DNA from: Cyanophora paradoxa CCMP329
Lineage: Eukaryota; Plantae; Glaucophyta
Direction of reading: 5' to 3'
Assembly: GCA_004431415.1 (NCBI GenBank)
Contig: QPMI01000652.1
Span: 19,959-83,958 of the forward strand
DNA length: 64,000 nt
Shown here in pieces: positions 1 through 11,884 of this stretch. A model generated the notes under the pieces. It ran no database searches. It was given only the letters and a program-made list of their open reading frames with translations, and was not told where the DNA came from. Position numbers and translations under genes: made by a program. Within the stretch, counting starts at the first letter, position 1. Every line of letters starts with the position of its first letter.

Positions 1-3000
1 CGCTCCGAGGCCGCCCGCCTCTACGACGCCGAGGACCTGCGCCAGTGGGAGCTCAGGCGCGCCCGCGCCCGCGCCCGCTTCCCGGGCGACTGGAAGCGGG
101 CCTCGCGGTCGGCCGGCACGCGCGCCGTGCCCGGCATGGTCGACAAGAGGCGGTCCTCGTGGCGCGGCGCCGACGCCCTCGCGGCCGTCGTGAAGCCCTG
201 GATGGAGCGCAAGCTCGGGCCCGCGCTCACCGGCGCCCTGCTCGAGGCGGGGGCCGTGGACGTGAGCACGTGGAACCCGAACTGCGGGATGCGCGAGGAC
301 ACGCACTACCACGGCTGGACGCTGCGCTACCCGGTGGCGATCGCCGACCGGACCGCCCTCGTCGATCCCGCCCGCGGCGACGCCGTCGACCTCTGCACGG
401 CGCGGGCCGACCCCGCCATCGTCGCCTGGAACCGCGACTTCTACGCCTGGCTCCGCTCCGCCCTCGCCGAGGCCCTCTTCCTCGACCTCCCGGCCCTCCC
501 GCGCCCCGCCGGCGCCGGCGCCGACCTCGCCCGCCGGGCCGCCCCCAAGCGGAGGGCAGAGGGCGCCGGCGAAGAGGGCGGTCGGCCGCGCGGCCGCGGG
601 CCCAAGCGCCCCCGCCGCGGCGCGCCGGGCGCGACCGACCCGGCCGCCGCCGCCGCGGCGGCCGCGGTCGATCCGAGCGGGCCCGAGGTGCCGCCGGACC
701 GCCTCCGCCTCGCCCGCGCCGTCTACCCCGCCGAGAGCGGCCGGGAGTGGGAGCGCCAGGGCGGCGAGGTCGAGGCCTACGTCTCGCGCCCCGCCGGCGG
801 GCCCTGCCTCCACGGGCGCGTCCACAGCAGCCAGAACACGCGCCTCGCCGTCGCCCCGTTTGGGGCGTGGGGCGTGCTGGCGGGCTCCGCCCACTGCTTC
901 AGCCTCGCGTGCGCCGAGCGGCCGCTGCGGGGCGCCCTCGCCTTTGCCGAGGGGCTCCCCGCGCCGCCGCCGCCCGAGGCCGCCGAGGCCCTCGGCCGCT
1001 GGCTCCCGCTCCTCTCCGAGGCGGCCAACGCCGCGATCGCCGCCGCCCGCGCCGCCCGCGAGCTCCCGCCCCTCGTGCTCCCGGACGCGGCGGCGGCGCC
1101 GTACCCGGCCCGCGCCGACCTGGGCACCGACACCGTCGAGTACCGCGTCAAGGCCCCCTGCGCCCTCTGCGGCGACCGCCGCGGCCTCGTGCGCGTCGAC
1201 GCCCTCGAGGGGACGGCCCGCGCCCACGCCTGCGACGCCTGCGAGGAGGCCAAGGCGGCGGAGGCGGCGGCCGCCGCCGGCGCCGCCGGCTCGGGCCCGG
1301 GCCCGGGCCCAAAGGCGGCGCCCGAGGTCCGCCTGGGGCGCGCCTGGACCTCGTCGATCTCGGCCGTGCAGCGGGCCGTGCACCGCGCCACCGTCGGCGC
1401 CGCCGTCGCCGCCGGCCTCCTCCCCGCGTCGACGGGCCTGCTGGGGGCGACGGAGCCGCGGGCGACCCAGCCGCCCATGTCGGCGGCGCGCCAGAAGTTC
1501 GTGGCGGGGCTGGCGGCGCACCTTGAGGAGCGGCTGGCGGCCCCCGCCGGCTCCCCCGACGGGCCGACCCCCCTGGAGGTGGCGCCCGAGCAGGCGGCCC
1601 TCTGGGCCCGCGTCCCGCTCCCGAGCCTCGGGAGGCCGCTGGCGCCGCCGGCGGGGCGGCCCGACCTGGAGGCGGCGTGGCTGGGGATCGACGACGACGC
1701 CGGGGGCGAGGGGCCGAACCGGCGCTACGTCGACGGGGCGCGCATCTCCCGCGAGCTCGAGGGCCCCGAGGGGCAGGCGCGCACCCTCTTCCTGCGGGGG
1801 GGCATGGGGGACGGCAAGACGCGCGCCTGCGTCTCGATCTCCCGCGCGATCGTGGCCGACCCGGCCCGCTTCGGCGTCCGCTTCGCCGAGGGGCAGCGCT
1901 CCATCCTCTACCTCGTCGCGGGGCGGCTGCACGCGCCCGAGATTCAGCGGGACCCCGAGTGGGCGACGGTGGCGCGGTGGGTCTCGTACCGCGACGTGCG
2001 GGACGGGGCGCCCGACGCCGCCGCGCTCCTCAGCACCGTCGAGTCGGTCCGGCGCTTCGACGGGGTCTTTCCCGTCGTGATCCTCGACGAGGGGGCCAAG
2101 GCGATCGTGACGGCCGTCCTCTCGGAGACGCTGGCGCCGGAGGCGCGCCAGAACCAGGCCCTGGCGCGCCTGGGGCGCCTCCTGTGCGAGGCCTCCATCG
2201 TCCTCGTCTCCGACGCCGACCTCTGCCAGCACGACGTCGACTACTACCTCGCCCTGCGCCACCCGGCGCCGGCCGCGCCCGGCGCCGCCCGCGTCGTCTC
2301 CTACACCCTGCGCCCCGCCCCGCGGGGCCCCGCCGCGCGCCGCGAGGCGCTCGCGTACCCCCTGGGGATGGCGGGGGACATCGTGACGGCGCTCCTCCTC
2401 GGCGGCCGCCGCGTCGCCGTCGCCAGCTCGGACCGCCGCACCCTCTTCCGCACGATGGGCGCCGTCCGCGGCCACCCGGGCCTGCGCGGCGGCGGCGAGC
2501 GCGACCTCTACGTCTACGCCGACGCCCGCGCCGAGGAGAGGGCGCGGGCGCTGGACAAGGGACACGTCTGCCGCGAGGTGCGGCTCTTTGCGTACAACTA
2601 CGCCATCCACCAGGGGGCCGACTACACGGACCCCGAGCACCCGTACGACGTCCTCGTCATCGCCGAGTCGGGCCGCACGGGGAGCGTCGTGCAGCTCTGG
2701 CAGCTCGCCGGCCGCGTCCGCTGCATCCGCAGCGACCGCGTCATCCTCTGCGTCGGCGACGGCGGCGGCGGTCAGGAGGAGGACGAGAAGGCGGCCGAGG
2801 AGGAAGGGCGCGGGGGCGAGGGCGGCGACCCCGGGGAGACGGACCCGGAGGCGATCCTGGCGGCGCGGGAGCGGGCCCTGGAGGAGACCTGGGGCCGCCG
2901 CGGGCTCGCCGGCGACCTCGCCTCGCACGAAATGCGGGCGGCGCTGCGCGTGCAGGCGCACAAGCTGGCGGTGCTGCGGGCCTCGCGGGCCGACCCGCTG

Positions 3001-4837
3001 GTGGCCGTCCACATGCGCATGCTCGCCGCCGGCGCCCGCGGCGTCTTCCTCCCGGGCGGCGCGCAGCCCGCGTGGGACGAGGCGCTGCAGGCCGAGGCCA
3101 AGTGGGCCGCGGAGCGGGCCCTCGAGATCGAGATCGTCCTCCCGCACGCCGCGGCGCCGCCCCTCGCGCCGGGGCGCGAGGAGCGCGTGCAAGAGGCCAT
3201 GCACGGCCTCGGGGGCGACGTGGACGACGCCTCCGGCGGCGTCGCCGACGCGGAGCGGCGCGGGTACCGCCTGGGACGCGTCGCCGCCGACTACCGCCTG
3301 CGGGAGGAGGAGGTCGGGACCCCCGAGCTCCGCCTCGCCCTGCGGGCCCGGGACGCGCACCACGCGGCGCTGCGCGGCTACGGGGCCGCCTTTCTGGCGC
3401 ACATGGAGACGGTGGCGCACGTGCGGGGCCAGGACGGCGGGCGCAACATCCTCCCCGACGCCCCCGACGAGGCCCACTCGCGCCGCAGCGCCGCCCTCCT
3501 CCTCCTCGCCGCCGGCTGCGAGCCGCCCGTGACCCCGTCGGCCATCCTCTCGCCCCTCCCGGACCCCGACGCGGCGGCGGCGCGGCGGGCCGGCGAGGCG
3601 GCGCGCGCGGGGTGCCTCTTTGCAGCGCACCGGCGGGCGCCGCTCGTCGAGGCGGCCGAGCTGCTCGCGCTGGAGCCGGCGGCGCGGCCGGCCGACCGCC
3701 TCGCCGCCCTCGCCGCCGCCGCCGGCGCCGGCAAGGCGGAGCGCGGGGACCTCGAGCGCCTCGCCGTCCGCCTCGCCGCGGGGCTCGTGGCCCACGCCGC
3801 CGCCGCCCTGGGGGCCCGCGTGCGCGCGTTCAAGACGCCGGCGGTGCGGGCGAGGGCGGGGCCCGGCGGGGGGCGGACCACGATGCGCAGCCGCGACGAG
3901 CGCGTCTACGCCGAGGCGCGCATCGCCTGCGGGGCCCGCTGGGCGTCCAAGGTGGAGCTCGCGCCCAGCGACGCCTGCTGGGACGACTCGGAGGCGGCGG
4001 CGGCCGCCGGCGGGGCCGACCCCGCGCCCCTCTGGGCGGCGTACGGCGAGGGGTACTCGCCCGAGGGCGGGCACCGCTGGGGCCGCGCCCAGGCCCGCGA
4101 GGCGGCCGACCTCGCCAACCTGTGCGCCCTCGTCGCCCTCTCCTGCCGCCTCGCGTGGGGGGACCGCCCGGAGCGGACGGGGATCCTCCGGCTCCACCCC
4201 GAGGCGTACCTGGGGAGCGGGCGCGCCGCCTGCTGGCCGCCGCGGCCGCCGCGGGGGGCGCCGCCCCGGCCGAGGGGCCGAGGCCGTCGAGGGGCTCGCC
4301 GGGGCCGTCGCGGGGCTCGGGCCGGCCGAGCTCGCCGCCGTCGTGCGCGGCGGGTTCGCCGCCGACGCCCGCCTCGACGCCCTCGCCGCCCGCCTCGCCT
4401 CCGAGGCGCGCGAGGCGCAAGAGGCGAGGGCTCTGCGCGACGCGGCCGACGGGAGGCGGGCCGCCGGCGGGGCGCCGCCGGCGACGGGCGACCCGCGCGT
4501 CTCGGCCGAGGCCGTCGCCTGGTTCCTCCGCCGCCTGCACGAGTCCCGCTCGGACCCGGAGCGCTGCGTGCCGCACCCGCGCTCGCCGGCGCACCTGGTC
4601 TTTTTCCCCGAGCGGATCTTTGGCGCCGACGAGCGCCTCCCGGGGCCCAACGGCGTCGCGGTGCAGCGGGCGGGGCGGGCCTCGGGGCGCGACCTCTGCG
4701 TCCGCTGGGTCGACGAGAACAAGGCGCCCGCCCTCGCGATGCGCCCGGAGCGCATCGGGCCGCGCGGCGGGCAGCACCGCGGCCTCGGCGTGCCCCTCGC
4801 CCTCTTTGCCGAGATGGGGGTCGGCGGGCAGCAGTAG
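1..4837 (+). CDS. PrimPol/AEP primase-polymerase + Zn-finger + UL9/origin-binding-protein-like SF2 helicase (5' partial; apparent frameshift near 4250)
   Basis: Frame +1 is open from base 1. AEP-like motifs: KRRSSWR, and VDVSTWNPNCGMR (cf. PrimPol vD.svY..n..lR). PrimPol/UL52-type Zn finger: PCLHGRVHSSQN...HCFSLAC. Helicase motifs: Walker A LRGGMGDGKT, STVESVRRF, Walker B VVILDEG, motif III LVSDADL, motif V AIHQGADY, motif VI QLAGRVR. After ~4250 the sensible sequence continues in the frame of ORF 3620..4837 (AEAVEGLAGAV...EMGVGGQQ*). Confidence 0.85.
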
Positions 4838-5089
4838 GCCCCGGCCCGAAGAGCGCGGGGGGGTAGGCGAGCGAGCTTGTGGGATGCGTGTTACAAGAAA
4901 TTGAACCGGGCCGCGCGCCCTCGCGGCCGAGGGGCGGATCGAGACGAGGGGGGGGGGGGGGATGGAGATAGGGGGGAGGGGGGGGGAGGGAAAGAGGGGG
5001 GGGAGGGGGGCAGGGGGACGAAAGGGGTGGAAAGAGAGAGGAAGGATAGGCTTGGGGAGCGGGGGCGGCGGGGGGTACGGAAGGGGGCC

Positions 5090-6930
5090 GGGCCTCGCCC
5101 CTCGAAGCTCGCCTGGTCGATTCCGGCAACGGCGCCTGTACCCCTGGGAGGGCCCATGGGCCCTGCCGTGAGCTTGGGCGAGCGGCGGGGGGGCGGGGCG
5201 GGGCGGGGGGTACGGTCGGACCGAGCCTCGCCCCTGATGGCCCGCCTGGGCGATTCCGGCTACGGCGCCTGTACCCCTGGGCGGGCCCAGGGGCTCGTCG
5301 GTGAGGCGGGGCGAGCGGCGGCCGCGGGGAGCGGGCAGAGTGCGGCGTACGGGCGGACCAAGCCTCGCCCCTGATGGCCCGCCTGGTCGATTCCGGCTAC
5401 GGTGCCTGTACCCCTGGGAGGGCCCGTGAGCTCTTCGGTGAGGCGGGGCGAGCGGCGGCCGCGGGAGCGGAGAGAGTGGGGGGTAACGGACGGACCGAGC
5501 CTCGCCCCCTGGTAGCCCGCCTGGTCGATTCCGGCTACGGCGCCTGTACCCCTGGGCGGGCCCGTGAGCTCTTCGGCGAGACGGGGCGAGCGGCGGTCGC
5601 GGGGAGCGGGCAGAGTGGGGGGTACGGACGGACCGAGCCTCGCCCCTGATGGCCCGCCTGGTCGATTCCGGCTACGGCGCCTGTACCCCTGGGCAGGACC
5701 GTTGGCTCTTTGGTGAGACGGGGCGAGCGGTGGCCGCGGGGAGCGGGCAGAGTGGGGGGTACGGACGGACCGAGCCTCGCCCCTGATAGCCCGCCTGGTC
5801 GATTCCGGCTACGGCGCCTGTACCCCTGGGCGGGCCCGTGAGCTCTTCGGTGAGACGGGGCGAGCGGCGGTCGCGGGGAGCGGGCAGAGTGGGGGGTACC
5901 GACGGACCGAGCCTCGCCCCTGATAGCCCGCCTGGTCGATTCCGGCTACGGCGCCTGTACCCCTGGGCGGGCCCGTGAGCTCTTCGGTGAGACGGAGCGA
6001 GCGGCGGGGAGCGGAGGGAGTAGGGGGTACGGGCGGACCGAGCCTCGCCCCCTGATGGCCCGCCTGGTCGATTCCGGCTACGGCGCCTGTACCCCTGGGC
6101 GGGCCCGTGAGCTCTTCGGCGAGACGAGGCGAGCGGCGGGGAGCGGGCAGAGTGGGGGGTACGGACGGACCGAGCCTCGCCTCTGATAGCCCGCCTGGTC
6201 GATTCCGGCTACGGCGCCTGTACCCCTGGGCAGGACCGTTAGCTCTTCGGTGAGACGGGGCGAGCGGCGACCGCGGGGAGCGGGCAGAGTGGGGGGTAAC
6301 GGACGGACCGAGCCTCGCCCCTGATAGCCCGCCTGGTCGATTCCGGCTACGGCGCCTGTACCCCTGAGCGGGCCCGGGGGCTCGGCGGTGAGACGGGGCG
6401 AGCGGCGACCGCGGGGAGCGGGCAGAGTGGGGGGTACCGACGGACCGAGCCTCGCCCCTGATAGCCCGCCTGGTCGATTCCGGCTACGGCGCCTGTACCC
6501 CTGGGCGGGCCCGTGAGCTCTTCGGTGAGACGAGGCGAGCGGCGGGGAGCGGGCAGAGTGCGGCGTACGGACGGACCGAGCCTCGCCCCTGATAGCCCGC
6601 CTGGTCGATTCCGGCTACGGCGCCTGTACCCCTGGGCGGGCCCGGGGGCTCGGCGGTGAGACGGGGCGAGCGGCGGTCGCGGGGAGCGGGCAGAGTGGGG
6701 GGTACCGACGGACCGAGCCTCGCCCCTGATAGCCCGCCTGGTCGATTCCGGCTACGGCGCCTGTACCCCTGGGCGGGCCCGTGAGCTCTTCGGTGAGACG
6801 AGGCGAGCGGCGGGGAGCGGGCAGAGTGCGGCGTACGGACGGACCGAGCCTCGCCCCTGATAGCCCGCCTGGTCGATTCCGGCTACGGCGCCTGTACCCC
6901 TGGGCGGGCCCGTGAGCTCTTCGGTGAGAC
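5090..6930 (+). repeat. Array 1, type-A half: ~14 tandem units of ~131-138 bp, core CCTGGTCGATTCCGGCTACGGCGCCTGTACCCC
   Basis: Cores read near 5112 (degenerate), 5245, 5383, 5521, 5658, 5795, 5932, 6063, 6194, 6332, 6469, 6601, 6738 and 6868. Inter-core sequences are homologous to each other. Confidence 0.95.
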
Positions 6931-6989
6931 CCTCAAGAGAAGAGGCAGTGAGGGCGAGCGAGGGCGGGGGCGCACGAGGGGGTGCGAGA

Positions 6990-8425
6990 GGCCTAGGGGG
7001 TACACACGCCGTAGCCGGAATCAACCAGGCCGCCCCTACTGCGAGCCAGATGCTGCCGGCCGCACGGGGGGAAGAGTGAGCGAGGGCGGGGGGGCAAGGG
7101 AGGGGCGGGAGGCTCAATGGGGGGTACACACGCCGTAGCCGGAATCGACCAGGCCGCCCCTACTGCGAGCCAGATGCTGCCGGCCGCACGGGGGGCAGGG
7201 TGAGCGAGGGCGGGGGGGCAAGGGAGGGGCGGGAGGCTCAGAGGGGGGTACACACGCCGTAGCCGGAATCGACCAGGCCGCCCCTACTGCGAGCCAGATG
7301 CTGCCGGCCGCACGGGGGGCAGGGTGAGCGAGGGCGGGGGGGCGAGGGAGGGGCGGGAGGCTCAGTGGGGGGGTACACACGCCGTAGCCGGAATCGACCA
7401 GGCCGCCCCCTACTGCGAGCCAGATGCTGCCGGCCGCACGGGGGGCAGGGTGAGCGAGGGCGGGGGGGCGAGGGAGGGGCGGGAGGCTCAGTGGGGGGGT
7501 ACACACGCCGTAGCCGGAATCGACCAGGCCGCCCCTACTGGGAGCCAGCTGCTGCCGGCCGCACGGGGGGCAGGGTGAGCGAGGGCGGGGGGGCGAGGGA
7601 GGGGCGGGAGGCTCAGTGGGGGGGTACACACGCCGTAGCCGGAATCGACCAGGCCGCCCCTACTGCGAGCCAGCTGCTGCCGGCCGCACGGGGGGCAGGG
7701 TGAGCGAGGGCGGGGGGGCGGGGGAGGGGCGGGAGGCTCAGTGGGGGGTACACACGCCGTAGCCGGAATCGACCAGGCCGCCCCTTCTGCGAGCCAGATG
7801 CTGCCGGCCGCACGGGGGGCAGGGTGAGCGAGGGCGGGGGGGCGAGGGAGGGGCGGGAGGCTCAGAGGGGGGTACACACGCCGTAGCCGGAATCGACCAG
7901 GCCGCCCCTACTGCGAGCCAGATGCTGCCGGCCGCACGGGGGGCAGGGTGAGCGAGGGCGGGGGGGCGAGGGAGGGGCGGGAGGCTCAGTGGGGGGGTAC
8001 ACACGCCGTAGCCGGAATCGACCAGGCCGCCCCTACTGCGAGCCAGCTGCTGCCGGCCGCACGGGGGGCAGAGTGAGCGAGGGCGGGGGGGCGGGGGAGG
8101 GGCGGGAGGCTCAGTGGGGGGTACACACGCCGTAGCCGGAATCGACCAGGCCGCCCCCTACTGGGAGCCAGCTGCTGCCGGCCGCACGGGGGGCAGGGTG
8201 AGCGAGGGCGGGGGGGCGAGGGAGGGGCGGGAGGCTCAGTGGGGGGGTACACACGCCGTAGCCGGAATCGACCAGGCCGCCCCTACTGCGAGCCAGCTGC
8301 TGCCGGCCGCACGGGGGCAGGGTGAGCGAGGGCGGGGGGTCGGGGGAGGGGCGGGAGGCTCAGTGGGGGGTACACACGCCGTAGCCGGAATCGACCAGGC
8401 CGCCCCCTACTGCGAGCCAGCTGCT
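6990..8425 (-). repeat. Array 1, type-B half: ~12 tandem units of ~124 bp with the core inverted (GGGGTACACACGCCGTAGCCGGAATCGACCAGG on +)
   Basis: The reverse complement of the core recurs every ~124 bp and faces the type-A half. The spacer family differs from type A. Confidence 0.95.
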
Positions 8426-9387
8426 GCGAGAGGGTACGCGCCGCCGAGCGAGCGAGGGGGATGTCGGCGGCAGGGCCCGGGCGGGGGCGGGGGGAAAAGG
8501 AGGGGCGGGGGGTACACAAGCCGCACCAGGGACCGGCCGCGACGCCTAGGCCTGCGCTGCAGCCGAGATGCGCCTCGCGGCTTCGCAACGCGGGGCGGCC
8601 CGCGCCCGGGGCGTGCGACGACGCCGGGAGACGGCGGCCGCCGAAAAGAGGCGCGCCGGCCGAGCCTCGCTCGACGCGCCCTGCGGGGGGGCGAGGCTGG
8701 CGAACCGGGCTCGAGGCGCGGCGGCCCGGCGGCGCGGCAGGAGAGCGAGGCGCCCGGACCGCGCCAGCGCGGGCGCGGGCGCGCTCGCCGCAGCTGCTCG
8801 CCCCCGCACACGCCAGCGCGCTGCGCTCCCGGCGCCGCCCCGCCGCCCTGCGCCCCGGAGGATGAGCGCCCCGCTCGCGCTGGCGCGGAACGAGCCCTCT
8901 GCTTGCGCGGGCGGCCCGGCTGGCCGGCGGATGCGTGTGGCGGTGCGGCGCGGCCGCGGCGCGGCGGCGGTCCATAGCTAGGCGGAGCGGGGCGCCGGCG
9001 GGCGTGGGGCGCCGGCTCCCGGTGCCCTCGGCTAAGACGACCGGCGCCGGCATCCCGCCGGCCGGCCCTCGCGGGCGCGAGCCGCGCGCATCGCACCTGT
9101 TCGAGGCGCGCTCCGCGCCGGGGCGTCTCCTGAACCGCCCGGCCGGTCCTCGGAACGCGCAGCTGGTCCTGGAGCTACATGGACGGTGCAGAGGCGTCGC
9201 GCTGGCCGCGGCGCCGCGCGGCGCCGGCCGCGGACGAGAACTACATGCCAAAGGTCGCCGGGACGGCAGGACCGGCTCCGCGAGCGATCTACTGTACTCG
9301 GGAGCTCCAGAGCTCACGGGGGCGTCGCGGGGCCCGCGGCCGCCGGCGCCCCGCATGCAGCGTTTTTTCGGGGCCAGTTTGCAACGT

Positions 9388-9415
9388 TTCGATCGTGCGA
9401 CATCGCACGATCGAA
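9388..9415. other. Perfect 13-2-13 bp dyad TTCGATCGTGCGA-CA-TCGCACGATCGAA within a conserved ~70-bp element
   Basis: The arms are exact reverse complements. An inverted near-identical copy with flanks is at 52670-52697 and a degenerate copy at 24256-24277. Confidence 0.9.
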
Positions 9416-10639
9416 TTTCAACAGCACGCCACGCCGCGTGAGGGCCCTCCGGGGCCTTCCCTAGCCCTTGTGGAGCCCTAGAGTCACGTCGGCGCACGCG
9501 CGCCCCGCTCGCGCGCGCCGCAGCTGCAGTGCGCGTGCATCCGTACGCGCGCGCGACGTCGACCGAGTCGCGCATCGAAAGCCGTTTCAACCTGGCTCTG
9601 CCAACGAACCCAGAGTTTACGGGCCTTGTGACGTGCGCATCTGGATGCCTTGCGTACCGGCAGCCTCACCTGTTGACCCGCACGCGCGGGCGCGGCCTAG
9701 GCCTAGGTGGCCGAACCATATGCATATGCATGTGCATGCCGATCGACGATGGCCGGGACTCGGGAGGAGCGCCCACCTCGTGTGCCGCCGCTCGGGGTCC
9801 TGATCCATCACACTCTTAATATAAGCTTATAGCTAGCGAAAGTTTAAAGCTGCAGCTCGAGCTCGCAAGCATATGCATCCCGACCGGCCTACAGCGCTAG
9901 CTATAGCTCTAGATCTAGAGATCTCCACGTACTGTGACATGTACATGTACGTGTACATGTGCCGGCCGCGGGGCATGCGCATATGCATGCGCTGCGCATG
10001 CCGTCGCACACGCAGGTACCGCCCCCCTGCTCTCCGCACATGTACGTATACGTATACAGGCGCCGGCATACGTATACGTATACGCCTCGCGTGCGCTCTA
10101 GATCTAGATCCGATCCGCGCGCGCATCTCGAGTCTTCGACTAGTACTTGCAGTAAACGCCCCGCGCGCGCGGCGGCCCGCACCCTGCCGGGCCGGCGGCC
10201 ACTTGCGCCTACGAGACTCGGAACGGTACGCGCCCGCCGGCCTTGGCCTTGGCTCCGGATCCTCCCGAATAATAATCCCGATATCGATCCGGCAGCAGGC
10301 CCACGCGCACCCCGCCGCCGCCGCGGCCGCCCGCAGCGGCGCGCCGGGTCGGCGGCGGCCCGCGGGGCCAGGGGCGCCGTGCTTTGAAAGTCTGCGTGCG
10401 GTTTGCGATCGGTCCGGCCGCGGGGCCTCGGAGCCACGCGTGCCACGCGCCCCGGCCCCCCCGGCCCTCGTTCAGTTTGTTTTCTCCGGAATCCTGGAAT
10501 CGTTTTTTCTCCAGGCCGGCCGGGATTCCTGGACAGCGAGGGGCCGATAAAAGGGAGCGCCCCGCCCCGTTTTCGGCACTCCCCACCGCCCGTGCACGTG
10601 CCGCCCCCCGCCGCCCCCCACCAGTCGCCGAGCATCGAG

Positions 10640-10993
10640 ATGCACATGCTGCCCGTCAAGGCTCTCCGTACCCCCGCCCCCCCTTGCGCCGGCGCCCGGC
10701 GCCCCGCCCCGCGCCCGCCCGCCATCGCCGTCGCCCTCGACGCCCTGGAGCTCTTTCTGCGAAACGCGCCCCTACCGCCCCCGCCTCCCCCGCCGGCGCC
10801 GGCGCCGGCCACCGCCACGCTCAAGCCCGGGCCCACGGCCGGGCGTCCCGCCGGCGCCGCCCCCGGCCGCCCGCGGCTTTTCAGAAAGGAGATCGTGAAG
10901 AAGCGCCGCGTGTGCTGCAGCTTGTGCGGATGCCCGGTGCGCGCCCGGTCCCCCCCCCCCCCCCCCCCCCCCCCCCCGTTTCTCCAGAAATGA
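10640..10993 (+). CDS. Small Pro-rich hypothetical protein with C-terminal basic/CxxC motif
   Basis: ATG at 10640 follows CGGGATTCC (10521) and GATAAAA (~10546). Contains RKEIVKKRRVCCSLCGC. The 3' end runs through a poly-C tract and is uncertain. Confidence 0.4.
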   Translation: MHMLPVKALRTPAPPCAGARRPAPRPPAIAVALDALELFLRNAPLPPPPPPPAPAPATATLKPGPTAGRPAGAAPGRPRLFRKEIVKKRRVCCSLCGCPVRARSPPPPPPPPPFLQK

Positions 10994-11488
10994 AACAAGC
11001 ATCGCTGACCGCAACGGCTCGCGCAGGGTCGCAACAAGCGGTCCCACGAGCGAGGCCGGAAGCCTCACGCTTGCTTCTATAATTTCTATGTACAGCCAGC
11101 GGCCGGACGGATCGTCCCACGTAGCATGAATAGTATATTTTCCAAATCTGTATAAGCGGGTGATGAATTTGAATGGTTGTGTCGATTTGAAACGCAACGC
11201 AACGACGAGGCTATCGGAGGTAGCGAGTATGCATATGAATGCCGCGGTCATCGGCTCCTCCTGGGAGCTCGAGCCGTGATCACGATTAGCGTCCGGGATT
11301 CCCGTCGGTCGTTTTTGAGAGGGGGCCGGGCCGCGGCCGGGAATCCCGCGCCGCGCCAGCCCATGGCCATGCCCACAAAATGGGAGCGGGCCCGAGGTGC
11401 AGCGTCATTTGCGTTTCGCGAAAACTCGGGAGGGGATCGATCTTGCAATTGGATGTCGACCGCACGTTGCTTCACCCCGCTCGTGCCC

Positions 11489-11884
11489 ATGGACGAGGGC
11501 TACGCATACGAGGATGAACTTCAAATGGTAAACGAGCTGGAGGAGCGCGAGGGCGAGGCACACGCGCTGGCCTTCATCCAGGGCAATTTCGGGCCCGATG
11601 GCTACACGTGTACGCTGCTCGGAGATCTAGACGACAAATTCAAACCCGACGACCTGCGTGCACGTGGCTCGGACGTCGACGTCGACGTGGACGCCGTTTG
11701 GAGGGCGAAATTCGAAGCGGGCGAGGGGTGCGCCGGCAAAGGCGCGCTCCGGACCTCGTGGAGCGCACGGACGTGCGATCGCGAGTGGGATATCGATTCG
11801 GATCCGCCCCTCCCGCTTTGTGGCACGCCTGCAGCTATCGTGGCTATGCCCGAGTGCTATGCAGCCTCGTGGTGGCAGTACTAG
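11489..11884 (+). CDS. Small acidic hypothetical protein
   Basis: Non-shadow composition (MDEGYAYEDELQMVNELEE...YAASWWQY). Preceded by two CGGGAWTCCCG motifs (11294, 11338). The start could be an upstream ATG near 11362. Confidence 0.55.
   Translation: MDEGYAYEDELQMVNELEEREGEAHALAFIQGNFGPDGYTCTLLGDLDDKFKPDDLRARGSDVDVDVDAVWRAKFEAGEGCAGKGALRTSWSARTCDREWDIDSDPPLPLCGTPAAIVAMPECYAASWWQY

Noticed and set aside
45-5129. Long overlapping ORFs (45..1526, 1677..4904, 3906..5129, etc.)
   Set aside because: R/P/G/A-rich shadow frames of a high-GC3 gene with no motifs.
5780-5830. tRNA or tRNA-derived SINE (TAGCCCGCCTGG A-box-like; GGTCGATTCC B-box-like)
   Set aside because: The two boxes overlap with no anticodon arm or cloverleaf, and the B box lacks a T of GTTCGA. 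A distant tRNA origin cannot be excluded; tRNAscan-SE or Pol III ChIP would test it.
5090-8425. CRISPR array (constant ~33-bp repeat with spacers)
   Set aside because: Spacers are ~90-130 bp and homologous to each other rather than unique, no cas genes are present, and the context is eukaryotic with introns.
10950-10977. Poly-C tract (and poly-G at ~23468-23489) as a functional element or telomere
   Set aside because: Simple homopolymers of unreliable length with no telomeric repeat unit.
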